Shown: positions 1-11,406 of the stretch, one piece after another
Layout of the letters: each line of letters starts with the position of its first letter
Numbering within the stretch: position 1 is the first letter of the stretch
From: Octopus sinensis
Lineage: Eukaryota
NCBI RefSeq assembly: GCF_006345805.1
Contig: NC_042998.1
Coordinates: 90,830,001-90,894,000, forward strand
Direction: 5' to 3'
DNA length: 64,000 nt
The notes under the pieces: generated by a model
What the model saw: the letters and a program-made list of their open reading frames with translations, nothing else
What the model was told of the DNA's origin: nothing
The model's database searches: none
Made by a program: the position numbers and the translations under genes

Positions 1-782
1 AGACATACTGCTTGGAGTTTATGACGAGTTTACTGATAGTGTAACTTGTGGCTGGCACAACATAACTGGACACACTGTGCTATATTCATGGCAGCAGAGA
101 TTCCTGTTGTCTATCTCCCATCTGTTTTAACCATCTTCCTGGGTCATCAGGGTGTGGCAAGAATGGAGACTGTCTCAACATTCTGTAATTATCACTAAAA
201 GCAGCTTTTTATAAAGCAAAAAGAGAAGATTCTAGAAGATTGACTCACACAATGGCTTGATGCTAATTGGTTGCTTAACAGATTGATCATGTGAAACTAC
301 TGTTGTTCAGTAATGGTGTGTGATTGGTTACCTAGTGATTCAGTTTCAAATCTCCGCTGCAATAGTGTTAACCCAGGTTATGGATTAAGGCTCCCAACAA
401 CTAAGTAGGCTATGGCAGGATTCAAACTCAGAATGTATGGAGTCAAAACAAATACCACAAGGCACCCAGTCCAACATTCCCATAATGATAATCCTATAAT
501 CCACCTCCACCCACTGGATTGGTACTTTTCTATTGACCCCAAAAATGATGAAAGGTAAAGATGATCTCAATAGGATTTGAACATAAGAGCACAGAGCCAC
601 AAGACATTCTATCCAATACTCCAATGACTGCCAATTCACTACCTGTAAGCAGTTCAGCTTATATTAGGTGGGGGTTTATAGAAATAGCAGCAATCCAAAC
701 TGTTTATTTTCTGACTCACTCACATATAAATTTACTCTCACTCACACAGGCATACAAATAATTCAATAAACAAGTTCTTTAC

Positions 783-915
783 CAATTGATTCTTGATCCT
801 GAGGAAATGAAAACCTAGTTCGTTTTTCATGTGTTTCTGCATTGTTGTCTTCATAGGTAGGAGAAGACTGGTAAGTTACTTTACGTCGGCAACGCTCCTG
901 CTCAGCAGATAAAAC
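783..915 (-). CDS. GAPVD1: GAPVD1 coding exon 5 in window (VLSAEQERCRRKVTYQSSPTYEDNNAETHEKRTRFSFPQDQESIG); gene continues beyond the left edge
   Basis: Acceptor gtaatctag|GTT, donor ATTG|gtaaag; 133 bp; the phase 0 start matches the preceding exon. EKRTRFS resembles vertebrate DKTLRFS as recalled. Confidence 0.75.
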
Positions 916-1185
916 CTAGATTACAAAAACACACTTATTAGAACTGCAATTTCTATAATAATCAACTGTCAAAAGTTTACAGTACTCAAAGAAATACTAA
1001 GGAGTGAGATAATCTGTGAGATTATCTCACCCTCATAATTAATTTTAGTAGACTTTTAATTTGGAAAATAATTTTTTTGTTTTACATATTTATCTCCAAT
1101 TTGTGTATCAACAGTTATACAGCAGAAGATAATGAAATAATGATATGAATACAGATTTAAAAGATAATTAGGAATAGTGAATTTA

Positions 1186-2727
1186 GATTGATTGATTGAT
1201 TGATTGATTGATTCCAGTTTCAGCTCATGAGCTGTGGCCATGCTGGGGCACCGCCATTTGGTGTTGCTACTTGGTTTCACTTCATGGAGGCTTTCTAGCA
1301 ACTGCTATTTGGTGCATGAGAGAGTTCGATGCAGCTGCCCTCATCTGCCCCTCCTGCCGTGAAGTTGGTTCATCTGGGACACCTGACAGGAAGAGATCCA
1401 GCTCCATTTTAAAGACATCTGTATCCACCCCATGCAGGTCTCTCAGGTTCATCGGGAGGATATTGAAGAGCTGTGGGCCTCGGAAGCCCAGGCTATCACA
1501 GAATCTTGTCCTACATCTTGATGGCAAGTTTGGAGTCCTAGGCACCACGCAGTGGCGCCCAGTTCTGGCGTTTGCGTAACTCTCGATGCCAAAGTTCAGG
1601 ACACTTCCCTCCAGGATCTTCCAGATGTATATTATGGCATATCTTTCCCGCCTACGCTCCAGGGAATATAATTTTAATCTCTTGAGTCTTTCCCAGTAGC
1701 TTACATTCTGCATAGAGGCTATCTTCTTCGTGTAGCTTCGTTGGATCGCCTCAAGTTCTGTGATCAACTTGACACTGGATGGTGACCATAGCTGAGAGCA
1801 ATAGTCAAAGTGACTTAGGACAAGTGTCTTCCAGAGGACCATCATGGTTTCTTGTTCTCTTGTTCTAAAGGTTCTAAGAATCCATCCAGCCAGGCGTCTG
1901 CATTTCACTGTCAGTTTAGCAACATGTACATGAAAGGTCGCGTCATCACTCATGTGAATACCCAGGTCACGCACTGATTGTGCCTCTGGGATTGCAATCC
2001 CTCCGGGTCCAGTGTATTCCTTGGGTATTGCATTCAGTTTTGCATGCTGATAGTATAAAGCTTGAAACTTTTCAGCATTGAACTGCATGCTATTCTTTTC
2101 AGCCCACTTGTAAATTTCGTCCAGCTCATATTGCAGGTGCCTAGTGTCTTCAGGGTTCTGTATTGCCTGTGAAACTTTTGTATCATCTGCATAACTTGTG
2201 ATCGTGGCTCTCTGCGTGGCTGAGGGCATGTCTGAGAGGGCCATTATGAACAGTAGTGGTCCCAAAACAGTGCCCTGTGGAACACCGCTCACTGTTTGCG
2301 TGCTAATGGAAGTGGCCCCATTGGCTACTACCACCTGACTTCTATTCTTCAGAAAGTCGTGAAGCCATTCTCCTAGTTTTCCAACTATGCCAAGATCACG
2401 CAGTTTGTGACATATTATTCTATGATCGACTTTATCGAAGGCCTTTGCGAAGTCGAGATATATGACTTCCACATTTGAGTGGTTGAGCAGTTGTTTCAGC
2501 ACCCAGTCATAGTGCTGCAGGAGCTGATTTAAGCAGCTTCTTCCTGGTCGGAAACCATGTTGGGTGTCAGGCAGCAAGTCATTTTCTTCAAGGAAGGTGA
2601 TTAGTTTCCTTCTGACTATTCGTTCCATGACCTTGCTGATGTGTGAGGTCAGAGAGATAGGTCTGTAGTTCTTGGCCTCCGCTCTGCTACCTCCTTTATG
2701 AATAGGGCATATTTTACCTTCCTTCAT
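1186..2727 (-). mobile_element. 5'-truncated CR1/L2-group non-LTR retrotransposon with an uninterrupted RT-to-C-terminus ORF (1282-2727, 481 aa) and (ATCA)n tail
   Basis: RT motifs YRPISLTS, QHGFR, YLDFAKAFD, GVPQGTVLGP, YADD, DLGI; short 3' UTR ending GAGCTGAAACTGGAATCAATCAATC. Confidence 0.95.
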
Positions 2728-3349
2728 GATTAAGATGATTAAAAATGTAATCGAATTTAGTCTAAATTATCAACCTGAGTTTTATATTGTAAAGCAAGGA
2801 TATATAATGAGTATTAAACAACAAAGAGAGCAACATATAGTAATTAGCTAAAAATTAACTCATTTAATCAATGCAAACAGAAAGGAAAACCCCACTGCCA
2901 TTAATGCTAACACTGATGGTTATCATTAGCATAACCGTAAGTTGATGTTTATTTTGGTACAGACTAAAAAAATTAACAGTATCAAATCTTTCCATTTGGG
3001 TTTCTCATCATCCAACACTTCACTCATATCTTTCTTGATAAATAAAGATCGGCAACTAGTTCATATCAATATTTTTCATTTATTATAATGAACCATCAAT
3101 ACCTGTCGCATCAACTCAAATTCTATTCTTCTGTGCTTCTGATATGAAATTTCTGTTTCTATTTAGAATTTTGACAAATTACCTCACTAAAGTTGGACCT
3201 TTTTTTTTTTATCTACTAGAATCTTTCATCTTTGATATTGAAATTTTAACATTTAGATTTAAAGGTAGATCCTTTTATTCGTAATCAATAATATTATAAG
3301 TCTATTTATAGCTTCCATTACCTATATCACAGTAAGTCACATATCACAG

Positions 3350-4353
3350 TAGATGCTCTGAGAGTGTAGCTGCTAGAATAAGAATAGCTTGGGCAAAGTT
3401 CAGAGAGCTTCCACCTCTGCTGGTGACAAAGGGCCTCTCACTCAGAGTAAAAGGTAGACCGTATGATGCTTATGTGCAAACAGCCATGCTACATGGCAGT
3501 GAAACATGGGCCATGACTGCTGAGGACATGCATAAGCTTCCAAGAAATGAAGCTAATGATTCGCTAGATGTGTAATGTCAGTGTGCATACACAACAGAGT
3601 GTAAGCGCCCTGAGAGAAAGGTTGGACATAAGAAGCATCAGATGTGGTGTGCAAGAGAGAGGACTACGCTGGTATGGTCGTGTATTGCGTATGGATGAGG
3701 ACAGCTGTGTGAAAAAGTGTCACACCCTAGTAGTAGAGAGAACCTGTGGAAGAGGTAGACACAGGAAGACTTGGGAGGAGGTGGTGAAGCACGACCTTTG
3801 AAAGCTGGGCCTCATGGGGGCGATGAAAAGTGACTGAGACCTTTGGAGATATGCTGGGCTTGAGAAGACCCGGCAAGCCAAGTGAGACCATAACCATGGC
3901 CTATGCCAGTGCAGCATAACCAGCCCATTTAATAGTACCCTTAATCACTGGGCAACAAACTGTGCTTGGGAAGATCTGTTGAGTCAAGTGAAGTCATTGC
4001 CGTGGCCGATGCCAGTACTGCCTAACTGGCACTTGTACCAGTGGCACATAAAAAGCACCATTCAAGCATGGTTGATGTCAATGTTGCCTGACTGGCTCCC
4101 ATGCCGGTGGCATGTAAAAAGCACCATTCAAGCGTGGTCAATGCCAGTACTACCTGACTGGCCTTCATGCCGGTGGCACGTAAAAAGCACCCACTACACT
4201 CTCGGAGAGGTTGGCGTTAAGAAGGGCATCCAGCTGCAGAAACTTTGCCAGATCAGACTGGAGCCTGGTGCTGCCTTCTGGCTTGCCAGCCCTCAAACTG
4301 TCCAACCCATGCTAGCATGGACAGTGGACGTTAAACGATGATGATGATGATGA
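3350..4353 (+). mobile_element. RTE-clade LINE 3' fragment (degenerate RT C-terminus, repeat-containing 3' UTR, (GAT)n tail)
   Basis: Translates to ARIRIAWAKFRE...LHGSETW and RGRHRKTWEEVVKHDL; ends GGACGTTAAAC(GAT)n; near-identical to copies at 35020 and 38815. Confidence 0.9.
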
Positions 4354-4391
4354 TACAAAGCAATAAATAAAATATATAAAAATAAACTTAC

Positions 4392-4555
4392 TTTACATTC
4401 TGGCAGCATTCCAGGACACTCACTGGTTACTCCCAAAGAAAAGACCAAGACATCTTCAAGTAAATCAGCACTGCCATCAATATGGCTTTGCTCTACATTA
4501 GCACTGCTTACAGTCACATCCTCAGTGTTGGTGAGAGACATTTTTTTCTTATGAG
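4392..4555 (-). CDS. GAPVD1: GAPVD1 coding exon 4 (AHKKKMSL...LLEDVLVFSLGVTSECPGMLPECK)
   Basis: Acceptor ttttggcag|CT, donor AAA|gtaagt; 164 bp, phase 1 to 0. EDVLVFSLG..PGMLPE matches vertebrate EEVLVISLG..PGMMSE as recalled. Confidence 0.88.
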
Positions 4556-5097
4556 CTGCCAAAAGAAAGTTTCTTGGTGATACACAACGAAGATAAATAG
4601 CAAGAGTGATAAATGATTAAATTCTGAGAAAAGTTCAATAAATGTAATATAGTGTCTTTAAAAAAAATATTTGCTTTCGCTTTATTTAGATTCAACAGAA
4701 ATGAAATTCTGAAATACATAAATAATAAGCACAATAATAATATTCAGTATAACTGCAAATAAAATAAAAACAAAAGACAAAACAAAGATCATTATAAATA
4801 TATCAGTTAAAACCAACAGATTTGTTACCATTATTGTCTCTTAAACTTACACACCATACTAACATGATTGCTTCTTTTTCTGTCAGTTCACACATGAGAT
4901 TAACAGTTTCCTTTCCTCTCACTATTACTGTGTGTTAAACTTACATATCATACTAACACTGTTGCTTAATACTTCCTGTCCAAAACATTTTCTGTTTTGA
5001 ACCATTCTGCCATCTTTATTTCCCCCTTCACTTTTTAACCTTCATATGGTCAAAATGATCATTAACCATGATAACCAAGTTACTTGTTTTCTTAAAA

Positions 5098-5134
<37 letters not shown>

Positions 5135-5185
5135 GACTTCACAACTGCATGAAAGTGTAACTTTGTTTGCAAAATTGAGACTTAC

Positions 5186-5375
5186 CTCGGTTGGTTTTCC
5201 GTTGACTGCTAGGTGTACCAGGAGGTGTATGAGAAGGTGTGATTGAGGTAGGAGTTGATGGCTGGATAGTCAAAGTTGGTGTTTGGATGGCTGGGAGTAT
5301 GGACAAAAGTTCTTCTAATTGATTTATTTCATTGCTTTTATTCATGTGTGGCAACGTAGAACGTAAAAAGTTAAC
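5186..5375 (-). CDS. GAPVD1: GAPVD1 coding exon 3 (VNFLRSTLPH...LEELLSILPA...TPPGTPSSQRKTNR)
   Basis: Acceptor tattatag|GTT, donor GAG|gtaagt; 190 bp, phase 0 to 1. Matches vertebrate VNFMKSV...LDNLLANLP...TP. Confidence 0.9.
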
Positions 5376-5906
5376 CTATAATATAATTAATACATTCAGA
5401 TGAAAACAGCTGTTAAAGACTAAAGACAATCTATTTTATTGTCAAAAGAGAAATGCTGAGCTCATTACTCAAATCAAAGGAAAGCTTTAGCAGTAATTGA
5501 CATGTTATTTAAATTATGCATTTATAAATTCAGATAGTTGTGGCTCAGCCACCTCATTCATTTCTAGTCCTCCATACTGTGCCAACCCCTACTACTATGT
5601 TTAATCATATACTTCTCAGAATGTCACTTTTCTGTGCTCCCACCCCAGTAATGTCCTTTTTTTTTTACCTTATAGTTATTTAATAAGTACATCAATCCAT
5701 CTCACCAGTCACAAAGTGTCTCTGAAGGCTATAGGACCAGCCCTTTCCAACACAATAAATCATTTGCAATAATTGTAAACAGTGAATGATTACAAACAAA
5801 AGAGAGTAAAATGAAACTTATAAATCTATATAAATTATATTTATTAATGATTATTTTGCTTGAAATTGTTCATCACAGTCGAAGCGGTAAAAACGCATTT
5901 CAGTTT

Positions 5907-5911
5907 TATAT

Positions 5912-5999
<88 letters not shown>
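5907..5999. repeat. (TA)n/(TG)n compound microsatellite
   Basis: Read directly. Confidence 0.95.
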
Positions 6000-6338
6000 C
6001 ATCATCATCATCATCGTTTAACGTCCGTTCTCCATGCTAGCATGGGTTGGACGGTTCGACCGGGGATCTGGGAAGCCAGAAGGCTGCACCAGGCTCCGGT
6101 CTTATCTGGCAACGTTTCTACAGCTGGATGCCCTTCCTAATGCCAACCACTTCGTGAGTATAGTGGGTGCTTTTTATGTGCCACTTACACTGGTGCCAGG
6201 CGAGGCTGGCATTGGCCACAATCGGATTGGTGCATTTTATGGAAGCCAGTCGAGGCGGCACTGACTTCGGCTACAATTCGGATGGTGCTTTTTACGTGCC
6301 ACCGACACGGAAGCCAGTCGAGGCGGCGCTGGCATCGG
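6000..6338 (-). mobile_element. RTE-family 3' tail fragment or RTE-tailed SINE with (CAT)n
   Basis: Reverse complement of the terminus of the 3350-4353 element; three GTGGCACGTAAAAAGCACC-type units. Confidence 0.85.
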
Positions 6339-6402
6339 TATACATATATACATATGTATACATATGTATATATATATATACATGTATATATATATATACA
6401 TG

Positions 6403-6450
<48 letters not shown>

Positions 6451-6570
6451 CATATGTATATATATATACATACATATGTATATATATATATACATACATA
6501 TGTATATATATATATACATACATATATATGTATATATATATATACATATATATGTATATATATATATATA
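6339..6570. repeat. TA-rich compound microsatellite (TA, TATG, TACA)
   Basis: Read directly; source of many spurious YI-repeat ORFs. Confidence 0.95.
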
Positions 6571-7171
6571 CGAGGGGCGTTCAATAAGTAATGCCCCTGA
6601 CCCACTTCCCATACCAGTAGAGCAATGGAACTTGGCACAGTTATTGGTCTTTTTCTACATAGGAACCACTCAGAGTTACGCATTTCTCCCATCACTTGAT
6701 CCAGCTCTGGAGACCGTTTTTGTAAAAGACCCCAGCTTGGTCCTCCATCCATGACGTGACTTTAGAAATCAAGGCTGCATCATCTGGGAAATGCTTTCCT
6801 TTCAAAAACAACTTCATGGCTGGGAAGAGGTGAAAATCAGAGGGTGCAAGGTCAGGAGAGTAGGGGGATGGAGGAGTAGTTCATAGCCGCACGCCTGTGC
6901 GTCTGATCTGGCGACGCGCGAGTTGTGGACCGGAGCGTTGTCCTGCAGGAGGAGGATGCCTTCGCTGATCTTGCCCCGCCTCTTGATTTTGATAGCTTCT
7001 CTTAATTTCCTCAAAAGTGAAGCATAATAGGCTCCTGTAATTGTGGTACCCTTTGCCAGGAAATCTGTCATCACTACTCCGTCCTGGTCCCAGAAGACTG
7101 TGAGCATGACCTTGCCAGCAGAGGGCTGCACCCTTGCCTTCTTTGGAGGAGGTGAGTCACGGTGCTTCCAC
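6571..7171 (-). mobile_element. Mariner (DD34D) transposon, 3' half, inactivated; the rest is hidden by the gap
   Basis: SAGKVMLTVFWD, QDNAPVH and HPP-YSPDLAPSDF motifs; 1-nt frameshift near 6865 and TGA in WIK*WEKC; terminus TA|CGAGGGGCGTTCAATAAGT. Confidence 0.92.
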
Positions 7172-7271
7172 NNNNNNNNNNNNNNNNNNNNNNNNNNNNN
7201 NNNNNNNNNNNNNNNNNNNNNNNNNNNNNNNNNNNNNNNNNNNNNNNNNNNNNNNNNNNNNNNNNNNNNNN
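7172..7271. other. Assembly gap (100 N, probably of unknown true size)
   Basis: Run of N. Confidence 1.
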
Positions 7272-7310
7272 CAGCTCGTGAGCTGAAACTAGAATCAATC
7301 AATCAATCAA
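7272..7310 (+). mobile_element. 3' terminus of a second CR1-group copy
   Basis: CAGCTCGTGAGCTGAAACTAGAATCAATCAATCAATC matches the 3' end of the 1186-2727 element. Confidence 0.8.
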
Positions 7311-7430
7311 TATATATACATATATACGTATATATATATATGTATGTATATATATATATGTATGTATATATATATATATAATATATATATATATATATTA
7401 TATATATATATATATACATACATATATATA
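7311..7430. repeat. (TA)n-rich microsatellite
   Basis: Read directly. Confidence 0.95.
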
Positions 7431-8129
7431 TTAGAAGAAATGAGGTACTCAGAAAATCGGATGGTTTATATTTATAGATATTTATTTGTATATTACATTT
7501 TTTATACATCATATAACTTAGATCATGTATTAGCGCTTTCTCCTATTCTAGTGGGGTTTTCAAATCAAACTAAGTTCCTGTGTGAAAAGTTTTGACCATT
7601 TTATAGTGGTATTGACTTCGTAGTGGTGGGGAGGAATATAAGACAGTACAAGAGGGTGATGGATGAGGAGAAAGTGAGAGAGAGAGAGAGTGTGTGTGTG
7701 TGTGCTTTTGTATTTGGAATGAGTGCTAAAGAAAAAGAGGGGAAGGTAGAGGGAAGAAGAAGAAAAGAATTTTATTTGCTCTGCTGGACAGCATGCTTAC
7801 TCCAAGTGGGGTCTAAGATCTTGTGTATATATAAATACATACACACAAAACTTAGCATCTTCCATTACACCAAAACTCGCCTCTTTTACACATAAAGTAT
7901 GTAGATACTGATGTCACTATAGACAAAAGTTAAGAGAATTGTTACACTGTATACAAACAACAGAAACAAATCTACAATATCTGCTTCACATTTAGGAATC
8001 ATAAACAGATTGGTATGTTAATTTAATTTAAAATAATAAAAAAATAAGTGTCAAATTTTAACCATAACAATTTGAGGAAGAGGGAGAGGAGGAATCATTA
8101 GTCAACTCAACTCAACTCGTGTACCTATC

Positions 8130-8350
8130 ATCATCATTGGAAGTATTATTCTCTATAAACTCTCACCACCACTACCCACCATCTTTCCTCCTCCCATTTC
8201 TTACATTCTATCTCAAACCCCAAACCTTGCATTAAATACTTCACCCAGTCCTTTCTCCTCAGTGCAGTAACACTCCTGAAATTCCCTCCCTGCCCACATT
8301 TTCCTGAAGCAAATATTCAAGCTAAACATCAACCACATCAAAGGTCACTG
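8130..8350 (+). mobile_element. Decayed 3' end of a CR1/L2/Jockey-group LINE
   Basis: Broken translation KYFTQSFL...NSLPAHIFPE resembles the (Y/F)xxSFF..LWNSLP C-terminal motif. Confidence 0.45.
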
Positions 8351-8537
8351 GCCTTCTTCCTCTGACTAACTTGCTCTGACTAACTTGCTACCCCCCCCCC
8401 AAAAAAAAAACAAATGCATGTCATGCAATGATACGAAAATAATACTAGGACATAAATCTATCTACAAAATATAAGATTTATATTAATTTTGATAATATTT
8501 TAAAAGTATTTTCGAATATAAAATGCACAGGAATGGA

Positions 8538-8800
8538 TATGTGGTTAAGAAGATTGCTTTGCAACCATGTGGTTTCAGGTTCAATCCCACTACATGGCAT
8601 CTTAGGCAAATAACTTCTGCTTTAGTATCAGGTTGACCAATGTGTTATGAGCGAATTTGGTAAATGGAAACTGTGCAGAAACCAGTTGATGTCATATGTA
8701 TGCAAGTGTACATAAACACACACACACACACATGATGGGCTTCTTTTAGTTTCCATCTAGCAAATCCATGCAGAAGATTTTGGCTGGCTTGAGGCCACAG
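8538..8800. mobile_element. Two CORE-type SINE heads in opposite orientation joined by (CA)n
   Basis: GTGGTTAAGAAG..GGTTCAATCCCA..GCATCTTAGGCAA on + and the GGGCTTCTTTTAGTTTCCATCT segment on -. Confidence 0.6.
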
Positions 8801-9114
8801 TAAAAGACAATATATAAGTGTAGAAAATAGCTATCAAATTTCTAAACAAGGATTTATACATATTCCTACAGATCTTCTGCATATTGTTCTTGCCTGTTGC
8901 ACAAGGAAATTTATGCGAGTAAACTGACCTCTTAGCCTTTCACAAATCATACATGCATCAAAACTCATACTGAGGAAAATACTCATACTAGCCTGACCTA
9001 GTTTGGTTAGGAAGGCTATAAATAAGCAAACTCAAATCAGCTCTATATCTCTTTGGTCCTTGGCCTCTAGTCTGAGAACAACCCTCTTCTTTCTTCCAGC
9101 ACCTTTATGCAAGG

Positions 9115-9296
9115 GACATATATATATATATATATATACACACAAACACATATATATATATATACATATACACACACACATATATACGTACATATATATA
9201 CATATATATCTACATATACATATATACATACATACATATACGTACATATATATACGTACATATATATATTACATATATATACGTACATATATATAC

Positions 9297-9327
<31 letters not shown>

Positions 9328-9337
9328 ATACATACAT
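9115..9337. repeat. TA/CA compound microsatellite
   Basis: Read directly. Confidence 0.95.
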
Positions 9338-10445
9338 AGGGGGAGAATTCACAAAAAAACAAAAGACAACAAACAGATGTATTAGTTTAATGCTCAGGAA
9401 GTGAAGAAGTCTTTAACATTTTGAGCCTATGCTCTTCCACAGAAAGGAACACAGAAAGAAACAAGGAGAGAAATAAAGAAAGTGTAGTGGCTAGTGATCT
9501 ATCATGGCAAATGCCAGACAGAGAGGTCACACAGGAAAGCTAGGAATAAGGGGAGATAATAAAATAGTGGTGAACCCATAAAGAAAGTGTGCATGCGTGT
9601 GTATTAGAGAGCATATATGTACGTGAGGAAGAGGGCTGGTGACCTTGACATGTCCGTGTGTGTATGTGTAGGTGTGTGGATGTGGGGCTCGGAAGTGGTC
9701 AGTGCAAGTGTGTGCGTGGTGGTGTAATGTGATGTGGTGTTGTGTGGTGTGGTGTTGTGTGGTGTGGTGTGATGGTGTTGGGATGTGGGGGAGGCGAGAA
9801 CTGGGAAAGCAGGAGAGGGGTGTGGGTAGACTGGGGTGGGGGTAGAGGTGGGGTATGTGGGAGTGGGTGTAAGGGATGGGATGGGAAAAATAGGGAAGGT
9901 GGGGTTGGATTGAATAAGGGTGGGGTTACGAGGGAGGGGTGCCGATGGAGGGAGAGGGGAAGGGAGTAGGTGGGTAGGAGTGAAGAGAAGAGAGAGAGTA
10001 GGAGTGAAGAGAAGTAGGAGTCAGAGCAAGAGAGGAGAGATGGGTGGGAGGAAGTAGATGTGAGGGAGAGAGGAGAGGGGAGGAGGTTAGATAAAGAGAG
10101 AGGAGAGATGAGACCATGTGGCGCAAAGGAGCAAAGAGAGAAGATTAATCCCTATTCATGGTGCAAACAGGAGTCCGGATGGCCCCTGTGCAAGGACAAT
10201 CCAAACACAGACAGTTGTTGCAAAGAGTGACCAGTAAAGTGTAAATGGCAAGAGACCGGGGTGTCATTGCCGAGTTGGATGTCTCAGAGGTGTTTCGCAA
10301 ACTGGTCAGCCAAGTAGCGTCCAGTTTGCCCAATGTATAGAGAAGGGCAGAGAGAGCAGGAGATGACATTGGTAGAAGTGCAGGCGAAGGAGTCGGTGAT
10401 ATGATAGAGTCGATGATGGGTGCCGGTGAGGAGGGTGACATGCAG
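9338..10445 (-). mobile_element. Penelope-like element 3' portion: decayed GIY-YIG endonuclease (Neptune-type Cys pattern), pyrimidine-rich UTR, terminal segment with hammerhead-like motif
   Basis: ITDSFACTSTNVI-SCSLCPSLYIGQTGRYLADQFAKHL, then PVSCH..GHSL..LSVFGL; terminal segment homologous to 29491-29641; flanked by TA arrays. Confidence 0.8.
9409..9450 (-). ncRNA. Degenerate minimal hammerhead-like motif (CUGUGGA-A-GAGC/GCUC-AAAA-UGU)
   Basis: Reverse complement gttcctttCTGTGGAAGAGCATAGGCTCAAAATGTTAAAGAC; aligns with the 29577-29618 copy; GAAA and ACGU lost by CpG-type transitions. Confidence 0.5.
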
Positions 10446-10590
10446 ATATACACATATATATATACATACATATATAAATATATATGTGTGTGTGTGTGTG
10501 TATACACACACATACATATATACACACATACATACACACACACACATATATAATATATATATACATACATACATATATCTCATATATGAT
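10446..10590. repeat. TA/CA/TG compound microsatellite
   Basis: Read directly. Confidence 0.9.
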
Positions 10591-11274
10591 TGTATCTCAT
10601 AGCTCAACAACTGGTGTTGATTTGTGTATGTCTCTATAACTTAGCAAGTTGCCAAAAAGTGATGAATAGAATAAGTACGAGACTTTAAAAGATAAGTAAA
10701 TTAGTAGACTAAACCTTTCAAGGTAGTGTCAAAGAATTGAAAAAGGCATGAAAGTTACACTATTCTATTACCTACTTATAAAATTTTAAAAAATTTAAAG
10801 ATATGTCAATTAACATGAATATATTTTTCCCTCATGAGCCAGTCTAATTTCTCTATTGCCGCACTTTGTAATTGCTCACGTCATTTAATTGTTGAAATGA
10901 CATTCTCTAAAATTTGATTTACTTCCAATTTACTATACCAGTAATATTGTAAATATAACAATTAGCTCATATACATCATCATCGTTTTACATCTGTTTTA
11001 CTATGTCAGTATGGGTTAGACATAACTTGCTGAGGTAGATTTTTCTTGACTGGATGCTCTTGCCAATGCTAACCAACCTTTACCTGTTTTCCAGATAACT
11101 TCCTAACTAAATTTACCATACAGACATATTAAACAAACTTAAATTAAGTATTAAGTTTACTTTTTTTTTCAATCTCTTTCAATTCAAACATTTTCAAGAT
11201 GTTTTGTTCTTAATTTGTAGTTGAAACATTTTTAAGGTGTTGAGAAAAGATAAAGAAGTAAAGAAAATTCTTAC

Positions 11275-11406
11275 CAAGGTGTTCAGCTGAGTCAATGTAA
11301 TTAAGGCTGATGAACGTTCTATATTCTGTGGGTGGTTGCTAGGTACAGAGGGAGCATCAGGTCCTACACCTTCCAACATAATATCAATAAGTCCAGATAA
11401 ACAGCC
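11275..11406 (-). CDS. GAPVD1: GAPVD1 coding exon 2 (GCLSGLIDIMLEG...IERSSALITLTQLNTL)
   Basis: Acceptor aatttttag|GGC, donor TTG|gtaaga; 132 bp, phase 0 to 0. Matches vertebrate SCVAAFLDVVIGG...LSRTVVYITYSQLITL. Confidence 0.92.

Noticed and set aside
480-645. Possible next GAPVD1 exon (ttacag|GT at about 643)
   Set aside because: The frame runs into a decayed SINE and a stop; no donor and no GAPVD1 similarity.
1208-1579. 123-aa plus-strand ORF
   Set aside because: Antisense shadow of the CR1 RT ORF.
4005-4195. Regularly spaced repeats resembling a CRISPR array
   Set aside because: The whole 65-bp unit is repeated, there are no unique spacers, the DNA is eukaryotic, and the repeats are part of an RTE UTR.
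5811-7595. Many ORFs rich in YI/IY/HT dipeptides (also 9003-9404, 10145-10610, 29528-29758)
   Set aside because: Translations of stop-free TA/CA microsatellites.
8365-8392. Short direct duplications (also 3325-3350 and 18708-18735)
   Set aside because: Ordinary slippage duplications; not matched as TSD pairs around any element.
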